Part shown: piece by piece, positions 55,918-64,000 of the stretch
Layout of the letters: each line of letters begins with the position of its first letter
How positions within the stretch are numbered: position 1 is the first letter of the stretch
Assembly: GCA_017483305.1 (NCBI GenBank)
Contig: JAFULC010000044.1
Span: 11,865-75,864 of the forward strand
Direction: 5' to 3'
Length of the DNA: 64,000 nucleotides
Source of the DNA: Clostridia bacterium
GTDB lineage: Bacteria > Bacillota > Clostridia > Oscillospirales > CAG-272
Position numbers and translations under genes: made by a program
Notes under the pieces: generated by a model
What the model was told of the DNA's origin: nothing
The model's database searches: none
What the model saw: only the letters and a program-made list of their open reading frames with translations

Positions 55918-57264
55918 TTATTTCTTAACCACTCGGCACTTCTCAATTCCATAGTATTTAAAGCAAGCAATCGCGTGCTCGTCTATCCTCTCACCGCAAA
56001 CAACGATCGGTATCGCAGGAGGACATGAGACCGTTGCCGAGGCAAGCACCTCGCCGCAGGCATCCTCAACCGCAACCTCTCTCGAGGATGACATCAAAGC
56101 CTGCCTTACCGACATAACCCTTTCCGCACAAGGCGCACTCGGCGCCCCTTCGGTTATCTCTCCCCTTCTTTCGATCGAGCAGAGCGTGTCTGCAAGCGCC
56201 CGTATGCCGCCCCTGTCGATCTCGGGCGTGAACATCATAACCACGTAGTCGGGGTCGGAAAACTCACAAACAAATCCCTTTTCCCAAAGTAGCCTTGCCA
56301 CCTCGTGACCGTAATAACCGTATCCCTTCGTCGCAACAGTCAGCTTCGCCAGCTCATCACCGACGACGGAAAAGCCTTTTTCCTCAAGTCTTTTTTTGAG
56401 ATCCGCAACCTCATAGCAAAGCGCGGCAAGTCTCTCTCTGTATCCGTCACAAATATACAAATTCGCCATATCAAGCGACTGTAATATCAGATAAGAAGGG
56501 CTTGTCGAAGCAAAAAGCTGCATCGCATGCTCCGCCATCTCTGCAAACAGCGCGGGGGCACGATTGGAAATATGCAAATACGCTCCTCCCGTCAGCACGG
56601 GCAGAGTCTTGTGCGCCGAATCACAGCAAATATCCGCACCGAGATCGATCGGATGGCGCGACTCGGGCAAAAATTTCAAATACGCGCCGTGCGCGTTGTC
56701 AACCGCCAAAATAACACCGTGTCTATGGCAGACCTCCGCCAATCCGCGCACGTCCGCCTCGTTACCGAGATAATCAGGGCTCGTAATATAGACCGCAACC
56801 GGCTTTTCCTTCATTCCCGAGAGCTTTTCTTCAAGAGCCTCCGCGCTCACGCGGCAGCTCACAATGCCACCTTCATCCGAGGAAAACATCCACTCAACGT
56901 GCGCATCGACAAGTGCCAAAGCCGACAAAAAGGCTTTATGCGCGTTTCTGGCAGACAATATCAGCGGCTCCCTGCCAAGCTCCCTCGCCAGCATAGCGCA
57001 CAGATATACCGTCGCGCGAATGCAAAGCGATGAGCCCTCGGTGGAATAAAGCGTCTTTTTCGTACCGAAAAGCCGACCTGCATTAAGCTCGCTCTCAGCA
57101 ATAATGCCCTCCCCATCGGAGTAAAGCACATCCGCGCCCTCCACCTCGGTTATGTCTCTCTGCTCAACACCGAGAAAGCAAGCTCCCTTGTGCCCGGGCA
57201 TATGTAAACGAAGAGCGCCGTCGGCGCAGTATTTTTTTACAAAATCACAAATAGGAGCTTTCAT
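55918..57264 (-). CDS. Orn/Lys/Arg decarboxylase-family PLP-dependent enzyme
   Basis: The N-terminus has LHMPGHKG. The candidate PLP-lysine region is DSAHKTLP. The start at MKAPICDF follows a GAGG RBS. Confidence 0.85.
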   Translation of the reverse strand: MKAPICDFVKKYCADGALRLHMPGHKGACFLGVEQRDITEVEGADVLYSDGEGIIAESELNAGRLFGTKKTLYSTEGSSLCIRATVYLCAMLARELGREPLILSARNAHKAFLSALALVDAHVEWMFSSDEGGIVSCRVSAEALEEKLSGMKEKPVAVYITSPDYLGNEADVRGLAEVCHRHGVILAVDNAHGAYLKFLPESRHPIDLGADICCDSAHKTLPVLTGGAYLHISNRAPALFAEMAEHAMQLFASTSPSYLILQSLDMANLYICDGYRERLAALCYEVADLKKRLEEKGFSVVGDELAKLTVATKGYGYYGHEVARLLWEKGFVCEFSDPDYVVMMFTPEIDRGGIRALADTLCSIERRGEITEGAPSAPCAERVMSVRQALMSSSREVAVEDACGEVLASATVSCPPAIPIVVCGERIDEHAIACFKYYGIEKCRVVKK

Positions 57265-57303
57265 AAAAACAACCTCGCACAAACGGCGTTCCTTTCAGAT
57301 ATA

Positions 57304-58692
57304 TCAATTTTCTTCTTCGTCAAGAGTCTTTGCGACCTCAAGCATGATAGCACATTCCATTCTCTTCTTGAAGAGCTCGCAGCCGTACTTATAAACTCCG
57401 CGCACCGAGCCGGTCGAATGGTAAGCGTTCGCCGCACAGCCGCCCGAGCAGTAAAGCCTTGCCCAGCAATCGCGGCACTCGGGACGCGAGTAGACGTTGC
57501 AGGATGCAAAATCGCACTGTGCTTCGTGATTGGTAACGCCGTCCCAGACGTTTCCGAGCTTAAATTTCTCCTCGCCAACGAACTGGTGGCAGGGATAAAG
57601 ATCGCCCCACGGCGTGACCGCCATATATTCGGTTCCCGATCCACATCCCGAAATACGCTTGTAAATACAAGGACCGCCCTTGAGATCGATCATATAGTGA
57701 TAGAATGTAAAGGGCTTGCCCTCTCTGTGTCGCTTGAGCATAAGCTCGGCAAGCTTTTCGTACTGATCGAGCACGATCGGCAGATCCTCACGCGTCAGTG
57801 CGGAGGGATCGCCCTCTGCGGCAACGACGGGCTCCATAGAAAGCTCGTTGAAGCCAAGCTCCAGCATCTTCTCAATATCCTTCAAAAAATCGGGATTTGC
57901 GTGTGTAAACGTGCCGCGCATGTAATAATCCTTGCCACCGCGCGCCTCAACAAGCTTCTGGAACTTGGGAACGATCTTCTCCCAGCTTCCATTTCCCGCA
58001 TAGTCGACACGGTAGCGGTCGTGGACCTCTTTTCTTCCGTCGAGACTGAGCACGACGTTCGAGCATTCCCTGTTCGCAAAATCGATCACGTCGTCGTCGA
58101 TCAGAACGCCGTTGGTCGTCAACGTAAAGCGGAAATTCTTGCCTGCCTCCTTCTCGATCGAGCGCGCGTAAGCAACAAGCTCTTTGACCACGTCAAAGTT
58201 CATCAAGGGCTCGCCGCCGAAGAAGTCGACCTCCAGATTGTGTCTTCCCTTCGAGTTTTCGACAAGAAAATCAAGCGCTCTCTTTCCGACCTCAAAGCTC
58301 ATCAGAGCTCTGTCGCCGTGATATTTTCCCTGACTTGCAAAGCAATACGAGCAGTTTAGATTGCAGGTGTGCGCGATGTGCAGACAAAGCGCCTTGACAA
58401 CACCCGCGCTCTTTTCCTTGAGCTTGCCCGCCATCGACTCAAAATTGTCAGGAGAAAAGAGCTTGCCCTCTCCCTTCAATGCCTCAATGTCCTCAAAGCA
58501 GCCCTCAAGCTCCTCGCGCGTGACCGTCTCATCGGAGGCGTACTTTTCAAGCATAGCCGAGATGATTTCTTCCTTCGGGTAGCTTTCATAAGCCTCGATA
58601 ACGTCGTATACTACGTCATCTACCACGTGCACCGAGCCCGAGCAGATGTCAAGCACGATATTCAGCCCACCCAATTTATAACAATGTACCAT
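57304..58692 (-). CDS. scfB: radical SAM/SPASM thioether-forming SCIFF peptide maturase
   Basis: It has the CxxxCxxC radical SAM motif (CNLNCSYC) and a C-terminal SPASM Cys cluster. It lies downstream of the SCIFF peptide gene. Start MVHCYKLGG follows GGAG. Confidence 0.9.
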   Translation of the reverse strand: MVHCYKLGGLNIVLDICSGSVHVVDDVVYDVIEAYESYPKEEIISAMLEKYASDETVTREELEGCFEDIEALKGEGKLFSPDNFESMAGKLKEKSAGVVKALCLHIAHTCNLNCSYCFASQGKYHGDRALMSFEVGKRALDFLVENSKGRHNLEVDFFGGEPLMNFDVVKELVAYARSIEKEAGKNFRFTLTTNGVLIDDDVIDFANRECSNVVLSLDGRKEVHDRYRVDYAGNGSWEKIVPKFQKLVEARGGKDYYMRGTFTHANPDFLKDIEKMLELGFNELSMEPVVAAEGDPSALTREDLPIVLDQYEKLAELMLKRHREGKPFTFYHYMIDLKGGPCIYKRISGCGSGTEYMAVTPWGDLYPCHQFVGEEKFKLGNVWDGVTNHEAQCDFASCNVYSRPECRDCWARLYCSGGCAANAYHSTGSVRGVYKYGCELFKKRMECAIMLEVAKTLDEEEN

Positions 58693-58731
58693 ATTTAGTA
58701 ACTCCAAATCAAAATCTTATAAAACAGTGCT

Positions 58732-58757
58732 ATGGGGGAAGGATTGCCTTCCCCCAT
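58732..58757 (-). terminator. strong hairpin between scfA and scfB (partial terminator or stabiliser)
   Basis: 11-bp stem ATGGGGGAAGG / CCTTCCCCCAT with a tetraloop. On the minus strand, TGTTTTAT follows 6 nt later. Confidence 0.5.
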
Positions 58758-58785
58758 AAAAATCTTAAGAATTCACGAAATCGAT

Positions 58786-58931
58786 AAAAATTCGCGCAGG
58801 CAAGGCGCTTGCCGATAGGCAAGCGGTCAGCAAGCCATAGCTGCGTATCGCACCGCAGCAAGCAAGGCGAAGGGCTTACTCAACGTAAGTCGAGCCGCTT
58901 GCGAGGAGCAACGAAGCATACGCGGATTTTT
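58786..58931 (-). other. GC-rich multi-stem structured element in the scfA-scfB spacer
   Basis: The outer pairing is AAAAATTCGCG / CGCGGATTTTT. It encloses GCAAGCGG / CCGCTTGC and three local hairpins (GGCAAG/CTTGCC, GCTGCG/CGCAGC, GGCTTAC/GTAAGTC), all folded by hand. Confidence 0.4.
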
Positions 58932-58942
58932 AGAAGGTCGAA

Positions 58943-59086
58943 TTACTTCTTATTCTCGCACTGCTGATTAGCAATACCGCAAGAGGTCTTGCAAGCAGAC
59001 TGGCAAGAGGTCTGGCACTCGCCACAGCCACCGTTCTTCGCGGTCTCGCAAAGATTCTTTGTATCAAGTGTCTTAATACGCTTCAT
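58943..59086 (-). CDS. scfA: SCIFF (six-cysteines-in-forty-five) radical-SAM-modified peptide precursor
   Basis: It is not in the ORF track (47 aa). My translation is MKRIKTLDTKNLCETAKNGGCGECQTSCQSACKTSCGIANQQCENKK, which carries the hallmark GGCGECQTSCQSACKTSC core. GGAGG RBS. Confidence 0.9.
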   Translation of the reverse strand: MKRIKTLDTKNLCETAKNGGCGECQTSCQSACKTSCGIANQQCENKK

Positions 59087-59122
59087 AGCATTTATCCTCC
59101 GATAAATTAGATTTACGGATAC

Positions 59123-59151
59123 ATTATATCACAGACTTACGCATAAGTCAA
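59123..59151 (-). promoter_or_regulatory. sigma-A promoter for scfA
   Basis: On the minus strand: TTGACT, 17 nt spacer, TATAAT, with TG upstream (extended -10). Confidence 0.65.
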
Positions 59152-59189
59152 TAAGATAAAGATAAATTTCTAAAATTTCTTCACATCAA

Positions 59190-59693
59190 TTACCACTCAA
59201 CTGTCTCGAGTAACGGATTAAGTTCCTCGGGATATGCCCCATCCTTCGAGGCGATAAACATATCCAAATGATCCGTCGGCATTATTGCCAGATCGCCGTT
59301 TTCGATTACAAAAACGGGATGCAATTCGTACCTTAACGCTTTCATAAAAGCTCTTCTGGTGATTTTTTTGCTGTCAGTCAAAATAACCCTGTCAGATTTT
59401 GAGACAGAATACAATATGTCAAAACGGTTTACCCTGCAAGGAGCATCCTCGCTTGATGCAATATAAAGCCCAGATCCGCCCGTCTTGTTTATATACTTCC
59501 AAAAGCAGTCAAATAGAACGCTCGCATTGCGGCGAAAGGCCTCCCTTTGCGCGCGTGATGATCTATAATCATACCGTTGCACCGACCCCTGATCCTTGAA
59601 GCGTATAATTATTCCGTTATTTTTGTACGTCATCTCGGAAAAATTGATCTGATCACAGATCTTTTTTGCAGAAGAAGATATAATCTTAACCAT
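59190..59693 (-). CDS. hypothetical protein
   Basis: 167 aa from MVKIISSSAKK (GGAGG plus 5 nt). I recognise no motif. Confidence 0.55.
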   Translation of the reverse strand: MVKIISSSAKKICDQINFSEMTYKNNGIIIRFKDQGSVQRYDYRSSRAQREAFRRNASVLFDCFWKYINKTGGSGLYIASSEDAPCRVNRFDILYSVSKSDRVILTDSKKITRRAFMKALRYELHPVFVIENGDLAIMPTDHLDMFIASKDGAYPEELNPLLETVEW

Positions 59694-59807
59694 AACGGCC
59701 TCCATTCGTCACATATCAAATCATTGTGCCTCTGTTGACTTATTATAACACAGTTTCCCACATGTGTCAAGCGCTCACATTTTAATATGAAAAGGAATGT
59801 CAGCGAG

Positions 59808-59836
59808 TTGACAAACCCTCCGTCTTATGTTAAAAT
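59808..59836 (+). promoter_or_regulatory. sigma-A promoter for the MFS-GH2 gene
   Basis: TTGACA, 17 nt spacer, TAAAAT, located 30 nt upstream of the ATG. Confidence 0.6.
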
Positions 59837-59865
59837 TAAAGCAGTAAACTCAAAGGGGATAAAAT

Positions 59866-62850
59866 ATGACCAACAAAACCAAACTCTCCCGCCGCTTCTG
59901 GCTCTCATTGGCTCTCTTCGGACTGATGGGACAGATCGCGTGGGTCGTTGAGAATATGTATCTCAACGTCTTTATGTATAAGATGTTCAACGCCTCGGCG
60001 GCGGACATATCTAATATGGTCTCTGCAAGCGCGATAGCAGCGACTCTGACCACAGTGCTCGTCGGAGCTTTATCCGACAAGCTCGGCAAGCGCAAGGTGC
60101 TCATCTGCGGAGGATATATTCTCTGGGGACTCTCGATCTTCGCGTTCGCTCTGCTCAAGGTAGACCTGCTCGAGAGCATTTTCCCCACGGTCAGCGGCGC
60201 GGCGCTCGGCATCACCCTGACGGTCGTGCTCGACTGCGTAATGACCTTTTTCGGCTCGTCGGCAAACGATGCGGCGTTCAACGCCTGGCTGACCGACAGC
60301 ACCGACAACACCAACCGCGGCAGCGCGGAGGGCATCAACGCGATGATGCCTCTCGTGGCAATACTCGCCGTGTTCGGCGGCTTTATGGCGTTCGACCTGA
60401 ACAAAAGTGAAAGCTGGACGCTCATCTTCGCGATAATCGGCGCGGCAACCGTCGCCATCGGAATCCTCGGCATCTTCATAATCGAGGAAAAGAAGGTCAA
60501 GCCCTCCGAGACGGGATATCTCAAAAACGTGATCTATGGCTTCCGCCCATCAACCGTCAAGGCAAATCCGAGCTTTTATTTCTACCTCGCCGCATTCATA
60601 ATCTTCAACATTTCAATACAGATATTTATGCCCTACCTCATCATATACTACGAGGTATCGCTCGCTATGACAAACTACGTTCTGATAATGGCGCCCGCCA
60701 TCATCATTGCCTCTGTCGTCACGGCGTTCTGGGGCAGAGTATACGACAAAAAGGGCTTTTCGCTGACCTGCTTCTTTTCTCTGCTCTGGCTGTCGGTCGG
60801 ATATATCGTGCTCTTCCTTTTCCGTCAGACAGTGCCCGTATTCATCGGCTCGCTCTTTATGATGTGCGGATACCTCGCAGGAATGGCGGTGTTCGGCGCA
60901 AAGATCCGCGACCTGACCCCCGAGGATAAGGCGGGACGGCTTCAAGGCGTAAGAATATTCTCACAGGTGCTCGTTCCCGGCGTAGTCGGACCCTTTATCG
61001 GTAAAACAATACTTTCAAACGCCGAAAAGATAGTCAACAACGACGGCACCGAGTCCTTCGTGCCCAATGCAAACATCTTCCTCGGTGCGCTGATCCCGAT
61101 AATCCTGCTTGCGCTCATTCTCCTGCTAACGAAAAAGAAGCCCACGCTCAAAACCGACCTGAAAACACCCTTTGAGGACGACGAAGCAAGCAGCTGGACC
61201 GAGCACCCCCATCCGCAGATGAAAAGAGACGGCTATATGTCGCTCTGCGGCGATTGGCAGCTCTCCGTGCTCAAAAAAAGCAACAAAACCGACCTTGGCA
61301 CCGTCAAGGTCCCCTTTCCCCCCGAATCAAGACTTTCGGGCATCGACCGAGAGCTGAAAAAGGGCGAAAAATACGTATACCGTAAAAGCTTCTCGCTGCC
61401 CGAGAATATGCAGGGCAAAAGAACGATCATCCACTTTGAAGCGGTCGATCAGGTCGCCGAGGTCAGCCTTAACGGAGAGCTCGTCGGCAGACACATCGGT
61501 GGCTATCTCCCCTTCTCGTTCGACATAACAAATCACCTGTGCAACGACGAAAATACACTCACCGTCTCCGTCACGGACAGTCTTGACAAGGATCAGGCGT
61601 GGGGCAAGCAAAGAAAAAAGCGCGGAGGTATGTGGTACACCGCAATAAGCGGCATCTGGCAGGCTGTCTGGCTCGAGTCCGTGCCCGAAAATTATATCCG
61701 CTCGCTCAAAATAACCCCAACGCTCGATAGCGTAACGATCGAGACCGAGGGCGGCGAGGACGAAAAGCTCCTGACACTCAAAGACTCCGGCAAATCCTAC
61801 AAATTCAGCGGCAACAAGGCAACTATTGAGATCGATTCCCCTCGCCTCTGGTCACCCGAGGACCCCTACCTCTACGAATTCACTCTCGAATGCGGAAGCG
61901 ACCGCATAGACTCCTACTTCGCGCTCCGCACCGTCACGATCGAAAGGATCAAGGACAAAAGCTATATCTGCCTTAACAACAAGCCCTATTTCTTCCACGG
62001 ACTTCTCGACCAGGGCTACTTCAGCGACGGAATATACACCCCCGCCACCCCCAAGGGCCTTGAAAACGACGTTTTAGAAATGAAAAAGCTCGGCTTCAAT
62101 ATGCTCCGCAAGCACATAAAGATCGAGCACCCACTCTTTTACCACTACTGTGACAAGCATGGAATGATTGTTTTTCAAGATATGGTCAACAGCGGCGGCT
62201 ATAGCTTCCTGCTCGACACCGCCCTCCCTACCGTAGGCTTCAAAAAGGGTCTTAACCGCCCCGCGCCGAAAGGTCGCCGTCAAATTTTCGAAGAAAACAG
62301 CGCCAAGACGGTCAGCCTGCTCTACAATCACCCCTCGGTCTGCTATTATACGATCTTCAACGAGGGCTGGGGACAGTTTAACGCCGACAGAAACTACAAG
62401 CGCCTCAAAGCGCTTGACCCAACAAGAATATGGGATGCAACGTCGGGTTGGTTTATCGAAAAGGAAAGCGACGTTGTCAGCGAGCACGTCTATTTCAAAA
62501 AGCTCGACCTTAAGCCCAACCCCGACCGCCCCCTCGTGCTTTCGGAATTCGGCGGCTATGCCTACAAGATAGCCGATCACTCCTTCAATCTCGATAAGAC
62601 CTACGGCTATTCGATGCTCTCTGACAGAGAAGGCTTCGCCTCGGCACTTGAGAACCTCTATCGTAACGAGGTGATCCCGATGATAGAGCGCGGACTCTCT
62701 GCCACAGTCTACACACAGGTAAGCGACGTCGAGGACGAGACCAACGGACTGCTCACCTACGACCGCCAACACCTCAAGGTCGACCCCATCAGAATGAAAG
62801 CTCTTTCAGACGAGCTTTTCTCTGCCTTCAACTCACAATTTAATAAATAA
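59866..62850 (+). CDS. fusion protein: MFS (GPH-type) sugar transporter plus glycoside hydrolase family 2
   Basis: 994 aa. Residues 1 to about 430 are polytopic and MFS-like. From HPHPQMKRDGYMSLCGDWQL onward it looks like GH2, with NHPSVCYYTIFNEGWG (acid/base E) and LVLSEFGGYAY (nucleophile E). Confidence 0.85.
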   Translation: MTNKTKLSRRFWLSLALFGLMGQIAWVVENMYLNVFMYKMFNASAADISNMVSASAIAATLTTVLVGALSDKLGKRKVLICGGYILWGLSIFAFALLKVDLLESIFPTVSGAALGITLTVVLDCVMTFFGSSANDAAFNAWLTDSTDNTNRGSAEGINAMMPLVAILAVFGGFMAFDLNKSESWTLIFAIIGAATVAIGILGIFIIEEKKVKPSETGYLKNVIYGFRPSTVKANPSFYFYLAAFIIFNISIQIFMPYLIIYYEVSLAMTNYVLIMAPAIIIASVVTAFWGRVYDKKGFSLTCFFSLLWLSVGYIVLFLFRQTVPVFIGSLFMMCGYLAGMAVFGAKIRDLTPEDKAGRLQGVRIFSQVLVPGVVGPFIGKTILSNAEKIVNNDGTESFVPNANIFLGALIPIILLALILLLTKKKPTLKTDLKTPFEDDEASSWTEHPHPQMKRDGYMSLCGDWQLSVLKKSNKTDLGTVKVPFPPESRLSGIDRELKKGEKYVYRKSFSLPENMQGKRTIIHFEAVDQVAEVSLNGELVGRHIGGYLPFSFDITNHLCNDENTLTVSVTDSLDKDQAWGKQRKKRGGMWYTAISGIWQAVWLESVPENYIRSLKITPTLDSVTIETEGGEDEKLLTLKDSGKSYKFSGNKATIEIDSPRLWSPEDPYLYEFTLECGSDRIDSYFALRTVTIERIKDKSYICLNNKPYFFHGLLDQGYFSDGIYTPATPKGLENDVLEMKKLGFNMLRKHIKIEHPLFYHYCDKHGMIVFQDMVNSGGYSFLLDTALPTVGFKKGLNRPAPKGRRQIFEENSAKTVSLLYNHPSVCYYTIFNEGWGQFNADRNYKRLKALDPTRIWDATSGWFIEKESDVVSEHVYFKKLDLKPNPDRPLVLSEFGGYAYKIADHSFNLDKTYGYSMLSDREGFASALENLYRNEVIPMIERGLSATVYTQVSDVEDETNGLLTYDRQHLKVDPIRMKALSDELFSAFNSQFNK

Positions 62851-62855
62851 AACGT

Positions 62856-62884
62856 CAAAAAGCCTCGGTCTCCGAGGCTTTTTG
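62856..62884 (+). terminator. intrinsic terminator
   Basis: AAAAAGCCTCGG-TCT-CCGAGGCTTTTT. Confidence 0.75.
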
Positions 62885-62924
62885 CAACTATAGGTTGTCG
62901 CATTATAAATATATATAAATTATA

Positions 62925-62953
62925 TTGACTTTTAAACAGAAATGTGTTAGAAT
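62925..62953 (+). promoter_or_regulatory. sigma-A promoter for the ABC exporter gene
   Basis: TTGACT, 17 nt spacer, TAGAAT, with TGT immediately upstream. Confidence 0.6.
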
Positions 62954-62999
62954 TAGATTTAATAGCTTTATTTTTTGAACACAGACAGGAGGGATTGAT

Positions 63000-64000
63000 T
63001 TGATATTCGGAAAGCACATCAACCGATATTATCTCAAGTACTTACCAATGCTGCTGCTCGGCGCACTTGCGCTGGTCCTCGTGGACTATATGCAGCTGGT
63101 AATCCCGGAGCTTTACGGAGCCGTCATCGAGGGAATCGAATCAGGCTACGTAGTTGATTCCGCTACCGACATCGCGTATGATTTCAATTTGAATTACGTA
63201 TTAGACCAAATTTGCAGACCTATGCTCTTCGTCATCCTCTCGCTCGTATTCGGCAGATTTTTATGGCGAGTCTGCTTCTTCGGAGCAGGCATCAAGCTTG
63301 AGACAGACCTCAGAGACAGAATGTTCGATCGCTGCAAGGACCTCTCCCAGCAGTATTATCAGGTCAACAAGGTCGGAAATATGATGTCCTTCTTCACCAA
63401 CGACCTGGACACCGTGCAGGAGTGCTTCGGCTGGGGTATTATGATGTTCTTCGATGCCGTCGTTCTCGGCGTCCTCGCAATCATAAAAATGCTGAAAATG
63501 AACCATGTCCTCGCACTTCTCTGCATGATCCCCATGGTGCTGCTTCTCGTCTGCTCGCTTATCGTGGGCAGATATATGAGCAAAAAATGGGAAAAGAGAC
63601 AGGAGGCGTTCTCTATGCTCTCCGATTTCTCGCAGGAGACCTTCGCGGGAATCGCAGTCGTCAAGGCATTCGTGAAGGAAGCTCACGAGCTGCTCGAATT
63701 CAAGAAGCTCAGTAAGAACAATGAGAACAGAAACGTAGAGTATACAAGGCTCTCCGTGCTCCTTCACGTTGCGCTCACACTGCTTATAGAGTCGGTAGTC
63801 TGCGTTATCCTCGGCTACGGCGGATATCTGGTGCACACCGAGACCTTCAAGGCGGCACAGCTCGTAGAGTTTATCGGATACTTCAACGCGATCATCTGGC
63901 CCATCATGGCGGTCTCCGAGCTTATCGGAATGCACGCACAAGGCAAGGCGTCGCTAAACCGTATCAGTGAGCTGCTCGACTCCACCCCCGACGTCTTCGA
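63000..64000 (+). CDS. ABC exporter, fused permease/ATPase type (N-terminal transmembrane domain; runs off the right edge)
   Basis: The frame is open from TTG 63000 (GGAGG 7 nt upstream) to the window end. My translation LIFGKHINRYYLKYLPMLLLGALALVLVDYMQL...GKASLNRISELLD is typical of a type-I ABC exporter TMD. The minus-strand ORF 63261-63941 is a shadow ORF. Confidence 0.8.
   Translation, partial: MIFGKHINRYYLKYLPMLLLGALALVLVDYMQLVIPELYGAVIEGIESGYVVDSATDIAYDFNLNYVLDQICRPMLFVILSLVFGRFLWRVCFFGAGIKLETDLRDRMFDRCKDLSQQYYQVNKVGNMMSFFTNDLDTVQECFGWGIMMFFDAVVLGVLAIIKMLKMNHVLALLCMIPMVLLLVCSLIVGRYMSKKWEKRQEAFSMLSDFSQETFAGIAVVKAFVKEAHELLEFKKLSKNNENRNVEYTRLSVLLHVALTLLIESVVCVILGYGGYLVHTETFKAAQLVEFIGYFNAIIWPIMAVSELIGMHAQGKASLNRISELLDSTPDVF

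Noticed and set aside
1-64000. CRISPR arrays, rRNA genes, IS elements or transposases, and reverse transcriptase / retron-like loci.
   Set aside because: I saw no regularly spaced direct repeats, no rRNA-like sequence, and no DDE, serine- or tyrosine-recombinase or RT motifs on reading the ORFs and intergenic regions.

Overview
This window looks like a chromosomal segment of an anaerobic Firmicute, probably a Clostridia or Oscillospiraceae-like organism; that placement is an inference from gene content. It has three parts.

**1-30.2 kb: core genes with a strong membrane-lipid theme.**
- A long minus-strand operon carries a DUF308 membrane protein, cdsA, a 1413-aa activase/dehydratase fusion (a candidate anaerobic plasmalogen synthase), a divergent PAP2 protein, plsX, an ACP, a CrtO-like acyltransferase and a DegV protein.
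- A plus-strand glycolipid operon carries an unknown protein, a second CrtO-like acyltransferase, an MGDG-synthase-like glycosyltransferase and a lipid kinase.
- The rest includes a HAD hydrolase, a TetR regulator, a Ca2+ P-type ATPase, a TVP38 protein, cls, mntP, pckA, a P-loop kinase, a beta-CASP MBL nuclease, a small alarmone synthetase, an FtsX-type ABC transporter and a FAD oxidoreductase.

**About 30.24-52.95 kb: a horizontally acquired conjugative-element remnant abutting tRNA-Gln(CUG).**
- G+C is visibly higher than in the flanks.
- It encodes a VirD4 coupling protein, a toprim/DUF3991 protein, a MobL-type relaxase with Sel1 repeats, and a MobC-like protein.
- It carries an amidoligase plus gamma-glutamylcyclotransferase module.
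- Type IV secretion genes are present: a VirB4 encoded as two ORFs, a PrgI/VirB3-like protein, VirB6/TrbL and Maff2.
- It also carries AbrB-type proteins, orphan Dam-like and Dcm methyltransferases, and a run of acidic candidate anti-restriction proteins.
- The only plus-strand gene is an Abi_2 gene interrupted by an in-frame TGA.
- I see no recombinase and no cell-wall hydrolase.

**53-64 kb: core genes again.**
- These are a Na/Pi cotransporter, a PLP-dependent decarboxylase, the SCIFF peptide scfA with its radical-SAM maturase scfB separated by a structured spacer, an MFS-GH2 fusion, and the start of an ABC exporter.

**Main leads**
- A 36-nt motif shared upstream of three membrane-related operons.
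- The amidoligase-GGCT module.
- The acidic anti-defence-like block.

No CRISPR array or rRNA was seen.
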